Assembly (NCBI RefSeq): GCF_006345805.1
Contig: NC_043000.1
Span: forward strand, 81,158,001-81,222,000
From: Octopus sinensis
Taxonomy: Eukaryota
Direction of reading: 5' to 3'
DNA length: 64,000 nucleotides
The notes beneath the pieces are model-generated. The model was given only the letters and a program-made list of their open reading frames with translations. It was not told the origin of the DNA and ran no database searches. Positions 54,683-64,000 of the stretch are shown one piece after another. A program made the translations under genes and the position numbers. Positions within the stretch are counted from its first letter, which is position 1. Every line of letters starts with the position of its first letter.

Positions 54683-55224
54683 CTGAAATTATATGTTTTT
54701 AATGTCACCAGTTATTTCATATCAAACCATATATAATGCAATAATTAAGGTACTATTATCATATTTAACATGATGACCATCAGAAATCTATGTAGAAATA
54801 TTCATATGGCATTGGAATACACAAGATAAGGTCAATGTCTGATACTAGCAGTGAGTTATTGGCTGGGTGGTTAAGAAGTATCTTTTACAGCTACGTGATT
54901 TTGAGTTCAATCTCATTGCACAGGACTTTGGGCAAGTGTTTTTTTTATGATATCCTCAGGGAACCCCATTGGGGAGACCATACCTGTACATAGCCTTAAT
55001 CTGTTATACAGTTTAATGTTATCACCTTGCCTTTTGAGCTTTTAATGGAGTCCATTGTAGTGTAAGCATTCAGTATAGGTCTCTGGTTTGAGAATAACAT
55101 CTGTTTCCACCACCAATTTCAGAGGCTCTGATAAGGACCTTGAGCACTGTTCTTCATCCTCTACTTAAATCAAAAAATTATTTTAAGAAAAAAGCCTCAT
55201 TGAAGACACTTGTCCTTGGTCCCA

Positions 55225-55339
55225 TGCAATGTGGTCTTAGGTTTAGTCCCACTGCACAGCACCTTGGACAAGTGTCTTGTACTACAGTCCCAAATTAGCC
55301 AAATTCTTGTGAGTGGATTTGGTAGATGGAAAGAAGCCC

Positions 55340-55381
<42 letters not shown>

Positions 55382-55616
55382 TTTGCACCCTTGTCTTGAC
55401 ATCACATGATGACTGTAAGTGAACATCACCATCATACAAGCAATGTTGTTTATTTCCAGTTTTCCATGCCTAGTCATAGGAAAGTATTACCTTGCTTGGA
55501 AACAGTGAAAGTTGGCAACAAAAAGGGCATCGGGCAATAGAAAACCTGCCTCAAAAACATTCTATCTGACCTATGCCAGCATGGAGAAGTGGATGTTAAA
55601 CACAATTGTGATGATG
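55225..55616 (+). mobile_element. CORE-type SINE-B variant with RTE-like tail
   Basis: Same head and CORE-like segment, different body (ttgacatcacatgatg...ccttgcttggaaacag), tail aagggcatc...gccagcatggagaagtggatgttaaac. Confidence 0.75.
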
Positions 55617-56198
55617 GTCAACAACATACATGTATGACACATGTCCAGTATAATTGGCTATCATAATTGTCCAAATTTCTCTCAAATCACACCTTACTAT
55701 CGTTATTTCTCTCAAATTACACTATGCTATCTTAGAAATGAATAGCAGCCAAATTTTTCTCAAATTACAACGTATTCTCTTATAAATGAAACATGATGAT
55801 ATTTTAGAAAAACACTCTTCAAAAACGGATGAGATCATTCATGGTTAGAATATCTTTAATAGTATGTCTGTTTTATCAAGGTTGATCTAAGATTAAACAC
55901 CAACAGTAATATGACTAACAACAATCACTTCAAAAGTAGCAGGTAAATCTCCCTCAAACCACACCCTAGTGTCTTAAAATAGAAAGATCTAACTACAACT
56001 TTTTTGATCATCAGTCAGTTTAGTCCACACTGATCTGGGGCTAAACAACAACAACAATAACATGACAAAATAAGTAAGTGAAAACAAACAGATGGTATGA
56101 TATATAGACATTGATACAGTTTTCCTAGGTAGGCAGATAGATGGTTCAATCCCTGCTAGTGTTGAACATATATCAGACATTGGATGCATTATGTAATC

Positions 56199-56820
56199 TT
56201 TTATCCTTTACTTGTTTCAGTCATTTAACTGGGCCATGCTGGGGTACCACCTTGATGAATTTTAGTCAAATGAATTGACCCCTGTACTTATAATAATGAA
56301 ATTATTGTATACAGTGCTCAGGTGCACCACAACTTGTCAGAAAGTGCGTATAAAGTACATGCAGTAATGTACAAATGTCTGGAGAGCGAACAATGTATGA
56401 GTCAGATATATGCTTGTGTTTGTATGGAGGGGAGAAAATCAGGTGTAGTGTTGGCGAATCTCAGAAAGCATGGAAGTTTTGAAGGATGCAGTGCTCCGAC
56501 AACTAACAACTGATGCCGGCAGTTTGTTCCATACTTCAGCAACTCTCTTGTAAAGCCTGGTACTTATTCTCTTGGTCTCTTTTGCTGAACTGCTAAGTTA
56601 CAGGGATGTGAACACACCAATACAGGTTGTCAAGCAGTGGAGGAGAACAAACACATACACACACATTCACATGGCAGGCTTTTTCCAGTTTCAGTCTACC
56701 AAATCCACTCACAAGGCTTTGGTCGGCCCAAGGCTATAGTAGAAGACACTTGCCCAAGGTGCCACAAAGTCGGATGAACCCACAGGAAGGTAAATTCTTA
56801 CCACACAGCCATGCCTGCAT
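56199..56820 (-). mobile_element. CORE-type SINE-B with CR1-like tail, split by the LINE 3' fragment
   Basis: Tail cttgtttcagtcatttaactgggccatgctgggg at 56211-56244; body and head at 56549-56820. Confidence 0.8.
56295..56548 (-). mobile_element. Extreme 3' end of an L2/CR1-group LINE inserted into a CORE-type SINE
   Basis: Minus RVAEVWNKLPASVVSCRSTASFKTSMLSEIRQHYT* (WNxLP...FK motif), then a 3' UTR ending caataatttcattattat. SINE halves resume on both sides. Confidence 0.75.
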
Positions 56821-57884
56821 GAGTAACTTAAGTAGGAAATCCTACTACGACTAGACAAGACTTGTTCAGTTTTCAGATTAAATTGGTATTGATATGTGGG
56901 GTTAAAGATAAGAAAAATATCTGAAAAATATTGTTTTGTAGCAGTGGTCTCTGATGATGCCTGTATGCCAAAGATATCTAACAGTTTCTTTACTTTTCCT
57001 TTTTACAAAACTCAAACAACATCACAGGTTTTTCTATAGAATTTTTTTTCTTATTTAATTATATTTGCATATATTTTTGATTTTAATGCAGATACTGACT
57101 CTGAAGTTGAATTATTTTCAAGCTTCTATGATGTGAAAAACTTTTGAGACAATGTTAAATTGTTCATTTTAATTTCCTGACTTAAAGAAGAGGTAATTCA
57201 AAACTCGTATGCAACATATAAAAGAGAAGAGAGTATAGTGGTGTTCTTGTGTCTCACATTTTTCCTTTGTAGACACTCTTTCATTCTCCTTTCAATTTTT
57301 TTTTCTTTAATTATTATCGTATTTACGTCAGGTTTATTGTCTTACACTTTTTCTTCTCCCTTAAATACATTTTCTCTTGATGGTACATCACTTACAACCT
57401 ACTAAGATACAATTAAGCTATCATATTCCTCATTAGCTCCTCTTTTGTTCTTTCTTTTAGTTTTTCTTTCTTTCTTCCTATCTTTCTATATCTGGCATTT
57501 CCCTCCCTTTTTCATACATTTTCTTTGTATTTCCTTTCTCTCTATCCTTCAATCATATTTACTTTCCTCCCATCCGACTCCTTCATTCTCTTTATTTCCT
57601 TTGGCTCAGACACTGTTTTTACTGTCTCTAGCTTGTATTTCATACCTGTTTTATTTAGTTATTTAATGTCAGAATATTAATTTTTATAACCCACACTTTC
57701 TCCAAATGTTCATTATTATTTCAACCTGAAAAATTTTTTAATAAATTAGTATCTTGTTTTGAATAAGTAACAATTAATAAGTATCCAGTTGAGCATATGC
57801 ATGAGAAATGTGTGTATGTGAATGTACACATACACACACACACTGTTTTTGTGAGAGATGAGTGAGAAAGATCATGTACGTGAG

Positions 57885-58195
57885 CTCAAAAGAGAGAGGG
57901 AGAAAGAGAAGAGAGAAGGAGAGAGAGAAGAGAGAGGGAGAGAGAGAAGAGAGAGGGAGAGGAAGAGAGAGAGAAAGAAAGAGAACCAGAAAGAAGATTT
58001 GAAGAGAGAGTGAATGAGATAGATAGACAGACAGATAAAATCATAGGTAGACTGAAAGATAGATAGACAGAGAGACAGACAAAGAAAGGGGAGAAAGTGA
58101 GGTGAAGAGAGAGAAAATTATTTGAAGAGACAGAGACAGAAAAAGAAAGGAGGTTTGAAAGAGAGAGAGAGAAATGGAAAGAGAGAGAAAAATAG
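57885..58195. repeat. GA-rich polypurine tract
   Basis: Direct reading. Confidence 0.9.
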
Positions 58196-58732
58196 TTTCA
58201 TCATCATCATTATCATTTAATGTCTGTTTTCTATGCTGGCATGGGTTGGACAGCTTGATGGGAGCTGGCAAGCCAGGTCATTGCACCAAATTCTGCTGTC
58301 TGTTCTGGTATGGTTTTTGTGGCTGGATAATCTTTCTAATATCAACCACTTTACAGATTGGTCTCGGAGCTTTTCACCTGGCACCAGCTCTGGCAAGGTC
58401 TGTTTTGACACAGTTTTATGACTGGGTGCCTTTTCTAATGCCGGTGCTTTTTATGTGACACCAGTACTCAGATGCTACAAAATCATAAGGTACTTTAGAA
58501 TGCTTCCGTACTTCCCTCTAACACACTTATTCAATTATCTGGGTTTTTTTTTTACTCCTGTTACCACTATGTTACAGCGCCTAGTCTGTCTCCATCACCT
58601 TTCTTGATTCCTTCCTATTTTACCTCAGAAAACTTGGGGGTTTCTATTGATACATTATTCTGGGATACATTTGGACTCTCATACCAAATTCAATAATGGC
58701 AACATTGTTTCAAGACAGATGCAAATAATCAC

Positions 58733-58940
58733 AGGCAGTGAGTTGGCAGGAACATTCAAACACTGGAAAAAGTGTTTTTGTGATATTTTCTTTGAGTTCA
58801 AATCCTTCCACAGTCAACTTTGCTTTTCTTTCTTTTGGGGTTAATAAAATAAAATACTAGTCAAGTTCTAGAACCAGTGGTATCACGTGATACTCTCCTC
58901 TCAGAATTATTGACCTTGTGCCTAAATCAGGAACCATTAT
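58733..58940 (+). mobile_element. SINE-A (diverged)
   Basis: aggcagtgagttggcaggaac...gagttcaaatcc...gaccttgtgcct. Confidence 0.75.
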
Positions 58941-58959
58941 AAAAGTTGTTGAAGTTGCT

Positions 58960-59990
58960 GTTGTTGTTTAACCCTGGGTCAGCTCTCATCCAGTGAACCT
59001 ATGATCAAAAACATTCTTACTGTGACCATCCCATCTTATTTTCAGGCATAGAATATCTAGGGCCCCATTAGCCTATGTGTCCTTCTGCTGTTGTTGTTTC
59101 TTGGCTTTAGATCAACATTGATCCAGCTGAATTAAAAGAAGTGTATCAGAGACCAAGCCATCTTTTGCTCTCTGTGCAGGAACTCAGCAACACAATATTC
59201 AGTGTTCTGTTTCCAACATGGTAGGCAGTGATTTAAAGGAAATTTAGCTGTTATTTGTAGCAGGACAAACATTATGATGCTCCTTTCTTTCATGAGACAG
59301 TGTGATATATATAAAGAGAAATTTGGCTGCTATTTCTGGCAGGTTGAACAATCACATAGGGTCTTCCTGTGGGAAGAAGGGTGTGATCAAATTTTTGAAT
59401 GGAAGCATGCCAAATACCAGAACCTTTTGCAGAATTGTAGCAAGAAAGGATGGTAGTCATGACTGTTCCCAGTCAAAGTTGTCCAGTTAGTATGGAGAAT
59501 GCTTAAAGCCATCGGAATAAGAGAAAAAGAGCGAAATGTAGCTGTGCTCAGGATGAAAGGCAGCAGAAAGTGCCTCTTGCCAATTCAACCTCAATCCAAC
59601 AGATCTATAATCAAAGAATTTCCAACCATGACCATTCCAGCTTTTTAATCAGACACAGTGTATCTAGTGTCTTAAAACTTATTCAGTGAATCTTTTTTAG
59701 AGAGAATTTTGAGAGAGATTTAGCTGCTATTTCTAGCAATTTGATTGATCATGTAAAGACTGCCTGTTATTGTTTAACCACAAGTTATTATTTAACCACA
59801 AGACTTCTTGTTATTGTTTACCCAGCAGATCTATAACAAAGACATTCTTGCTTGGACCATCCTGTCTTTAGTTAAAACTTAGCATATCAAGAAGTATCTT
59901 ATGTTATCTGCTATATCCTCTTTTGAAAAACAGTAAAGTGTACGTTGAGAGAGATTTGGCTGCTGTTCCTAGCATGTCCTGAAACCACAT
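58960..59990. repeat. Tandem cluster of dispersed repeat family C
   Basis: Recurring modules ttaacccc..gtc..acctatgatcaaa..catt..ccatgaccatcc, gtatctaggactacattatc and gtgatttga..gagatttggctgctatttctagca. Also seen near 70-150, 420-700, 14390-14480, 19420-19620, 24520-24960, 46440-46760 and 55670-55980. Confidence 0.7.
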
Positions 59991-60234
59991 AATCTCACGT
60001 ACTGCTAGTGTTAAAGTGCAATGTCTATGTATGTAAGGTACACTGGCTTGGTAAACTCCTGCAGGCAATGCGCTGAATACTTGTTATAAAGAGTACTCAG
60101 TGCATTGTTATGTATTTTTAACAATGTATTTAAAGCAGGTTGTTTGTGCTGCAGTAACGGAATGGGCAGTAATTGATTTGTCAAAAGTCTGCCAAAACAT
60201 CACTTGTGTATACATATCTAAACACGCACACACA

Positions 60235-60282
<48 letters not shown>

Positions 60283-60534
60283 TAACTATATGCATACATA
60301 TATATATTTATACACACTAATTGCTTCATATATATACGCACACTTCCCATACCTATACATACATGTACACAAATATGAAGATACACATTTACAAATACAC
60401 AAATGAAAATACACACACACACACACACAACACTGCATATGTTACTTTGTATGTACTAATTCAGATAGATAGTTTGGCTCAAATGAATATAAAACATATT
60501 TTCTATATGATTTTCAAATGAATGTTTCTTATTT

Positions 60535-60733
60535 AGGTACCTGGCCAGCAGTTTTGAAGGAAAAAATGTTAGTCAATGCCATCAACTCCTGTACTTGACT
60601 GGTATTCTATTTTATTGACCTTAGAAAGATTAAAAGCATAGTTGATCTCCATGGGATTTGAACTCAGAAAAGAAAAAGACAGATAAAGATACCTCAAAGA
60701 TTTTTTTCTGTCACTAACAATTCTGCCAGCTTG
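60535..60733 (-). mobile_element. SINE-A, head-to-head with the U2 retrocopy
   Basis: Ends ctaacaattctgccagcttg (reverse complement of the head) ~9 bp before the U2 fragment. Confidence 0.75.
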
Positions 60734-60741
60734 TCTTGGGC

Positions 60742-60898
60742 TTCAGCTTAATATCTGATACAGTTCCTATTTGGGGCCATCGATATTAAACTGATTTTTA
60801 GAATGAGGCGAAGAGTTAGCGGCTTACTCTGCCTTTACCACGGGTTGGCCTAGTATAGCAGTACTTCCAGGATTCAGCCCACAAAAAAAAAAAAAAAA
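60742..60898 (+). pseudogene. U2: 5'-truncated U2 snRNA retrocopy with A16 tail
   Basis: tcagcttaatatctgatac (stem IIa), ttaaactgattttt (Sm site, G>A), gggttggcc...gtatagcagtac...ccaggattcagcccac (stem-loop IV), all of protostome U2 type. It lacks stem I and the GUAGUA branch-point element. A16 lies at 60883-60898. Confidence 0.92.
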
Positions 60899-61033
60899 GA
60901 AAGAATATTTAGAGAGTGCTAAAACAGATTTAAGTCAGAAATACAGGACTGCAATTGTGTAGAGACAAAACAAGCTGGAGTTAAATATGCATGAATATGA
61001 GTTGTTTGGGTGTTGATTGAAAAGGATTACATA

Positions 61034-61160
<127 letters not shown>

Positions 61161-61196
61161 ATATGGAGAGAGATATAGATAGATATGGGGATATAC

Positions 61197-61229
<33 letters not shown>

Positions 61230-61880
61230 TAAATGTAGCTAGATAATTGGGTAGATGGGTGGATTTTTGAATAGATGGGTTAATAGCTAGACAGGCTAGC
61301 TGTAGAGACAGATAGGTGAGTAATCTTTTTGTTATCATTAGTTCTGACCAGCAATAATAAGACTTTATTTAAATATGAGTGATGATGAAGACACAAAGGA
61401 CACATCATCTTCTACATCCCCTTTTCTCCTCTTACTTTGGTTGGACAGAATTGGTAGAAGTGGATTTTCTATGCCTGGATGCCTTTCCTGTCATCAACCT
61501 TCACCTGTTTCCAAGTAAGGGAGTATTTCCCTATGACCAGAAATGTTTTTCACAGAAATATTGGAAATGAAGGATACCACTTATATGATAGTGACACTTG
61601 TTTACAACTATCACATGATGTCAAGACAAAGAAATAATAATACACATATATACATATGCACACACACATACACACACATATATATATATAGAAATAGAAA
61701 AGAATTTCGTTGAAGTGATTTTCCTTATGTTGTTAGTTGTAGTGAAAAAATATACAATAAAAAAAGAAAAATGCACAAAATTTATATATTTTTGATATAT
61801 TTTAAGGGATAGAATATTATGATAGTTGATCATGTATGAGAGATTGTTTGTAAATGAATATATATATATCATATAAATGA

Positions 61881-61917
<37 letters not shown>

Positions 61918-62009
61918 ACAGAGCATATAGTGAGGGATTATCAATCCGGGCAAAATACTTCATAAGCACTCTCTTGATACACCAGGCTAATAATATTGTT
62001 TAAATTAGT

Positions 62010-62221
62010 AAGGTGACAAGCTGGCGGAGACTTTAACATAGCGGGCAAAATGCTTAGCGATATTTTGTCTGTCTTTATGTCCGGAGTTCAAATTCTGCCA
62101 TGGTTGACTTTGCCTTTCATCCTTTCAGGGTCAATAAATTTAGTACCAGTTGCATACTGGGGTCAAGCTAATTGACTATCCCCTCCCCCAAATTTCGGGT
62201 CTTGTGCCTAGAGTAGAAAAG
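62010..62221 (+). mobile_element. SINE-A with 19-bp target-site duplication
   Basis: aatattgtttaaattagta (61992-62010) and aatattgtttagattagta (62222-62240), one mismatch. Confidence 0.92.
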
Positions 62222-62439
62222 AATATTGTTTAGATTAGTATTCTTATGGCAGAGTCTGAGTTTATAGTTCATCACAATTCTATATTGTAAATCTGTGGTT
62301 GGGCTCCTGTCAAACTGGTTTTTATACAGAGTGATATATAAGACACCTTGTTTTATATATATATATGGATAATGCCATACTAAATTCTGGTGCCTTCAAC
62401 TTAGGTACCATATTCATCTGAATCTAAATTTTACTGTAC

Positions 62440-62473
<34 letters not shown>

Positions 62474-62824
62474 ATAATATATATATATATTCAACAAGCA
62501 GCCGGGGCTGTAGGAGATAACACTTTCCCTCAGTGCCACACAGTAAGGATGAACCCAAAAGCATATGGGTAGGAAGTAAACTTCTTTAAGTCTCTGTTGG
62601 CTTTGCTTTTGGTAAGCCGTGTCGATTTTTTTTTACAATTCTGTAAATAATAATAATAATATTTTATAAGCTTAAAGCTTATAAGTGATCACTGTGTAAT
62701 GATAGAGAAAATAGTCTAATATTGGAGCGTGTAAGCCCTAGCTTCAGGTCAGCCCAATATCTAGCATATCTAGTCTTTGTAGCATAGTATGAAACTGTGT
62801 AGTAGTTCCCTTGTTGGCATGAAT

Positions 62825-63205
62825 TTGATGGTGGTAGTGGTGATGGAGGAAGAGATAGTAGTTATAGTGGTAGGGTATAATAGTGATGGTGGTTGTAGAT
62901 GCGGTAGTGAAAGTGGTGCTGATGAAGGAAGAGATGTCAGTTTTGGTGATGAAGATGATAGAGGTGGTGGCGGTCATTGTGGGATGGGTGGTGAGGTGAT
63001 TGTGGTGGTGATGTTGATGGTGCTGGATTAAAAGTTGTACTGCTGATGGTAATAGTGATGGTGGTAGCTGTTGGAGTTGGTTGTGAAAGTGGATGTGATG
63101 GTAGTGGTGAGGTGATGGTGGTGCTGATGGGAATGTTGATGGTTGTGGTAGTGGTGATAATGCTGGTAATTGTAGTGATAGTACTGGTGATGGTGCTTGT
63201 ATCAT
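62825..63205. repeat. Degenerate (GGT/GAT)n triplet low-complexity tract
   Basis: Direct reading. Confidence 0.85.
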
Positions 63206-64000
63206 AAATATTTTGTAGTTGGATGTTCCTACTGCTATTGATCACTTGGCCATTAAAGGCTAGGTGTCATGTAGCAAGTGCTGTGGGAGTACACCTGTCA
63301 AACCCTATTTGAAAATATGAAATAAAAGATGAATAATTATTCTGATTGCAAGATCCAAAAATTTATTATTTATGAAGAATTTCTGACTTTCTCCCAAGAA
63401 TTCTGGAATTGTTTGTACTAATAACTTTCACATTTCCTTTGTTCTTACTTTTCCATGCAAATTCAATCTTTAGTCAACATCTGACCTAAATATCCTGTTT
63501 TGAGTTAATGAGGGAACCTTGATATGGTTTTTTGATGTAGTAGAATGAGAAGTCAAATTTTCTTTAAACCACACACTTCTACTTTAGTCAAAAAAGGGCT
63601 GGACAGATTATTAGGGCTGATTTGGGCTTAAACAAGAAGAGCAGCTAGGATAACAACAACAACATTTTGTCTTATTTATTTATTTGCATTTTTATTTTTT
63701 TTATTACAATAAACAACAGGATCAGTGGTTTTCAATGGGTCAATCACTGTTTTATTGTATTTAAGAGGGTGAGAATGACAAAAGGGGGCCATTTTTATAT
63801 GTTCTAAGTTACATGGTAATTCAGAGCAGATAAAATGCCACAAGGTATTTTTGTTAAAAAAAAAACAACTGTTTATTATTAGCTGTCCTAAACTTTGGTT
63901 CCATTTTAGAAGCTGGTTTACTAAAATATAGTGTGGATCACTATAATATTTAATGGTCAAATTAGACAACCAAATATTGCAGTGTTTTACATCATGTACC

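Noticed and set aside
62744-63245. 153-aa His/Thr/Pro-rich and mucin-like ORFs
   Set aside because: A degenerate GGT/GAT triplet tract is open in several frames by composition; there is no splice or homology support.

Overview
AT-rich eukaryotic non-coding DNA, probably intronic or intergenic. The repeat repertoire resembles octopus (cephalopod) SINE/LINE families as I recall them, which is an inference. No complete protein-coding gene can be assembled, and nearly every ORF in the supplied track is a microsatellite translation or a TE fragment. Recognisable content: (1) RTE-clade LINE fragments, the best at 33.06-35.39 kb, whose reverse transcriptase carries an in-frame C4HC3 PHD-type zinc finger between the YADD region and the YLG motif; the finger is also traceable in two other copies. 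(2) An R4/Dong-type LINE 3' end (CCHC plus restriction-like endonuclease) sitting in an (ATT)n SINE tail. (3) CR1/L2-group LINE fragments, one nested inside a TIR element with long inverted arms. (4) A Helitron PIF1-like helicase remnant that the ORF track misses. (5) A 5'-truncated, polyadenylated U2 snRNA retrocopy. (6) Dozens of tRNA-derived SINEs of at least two families; the CORE-type family carries two alternative 3' tails that match the two local LINE types. (7) MITEs, a 138-bp palindrome, microsatellite-bounded tandem duplications and a few isolated candidate exons of an unidentified host transcript.
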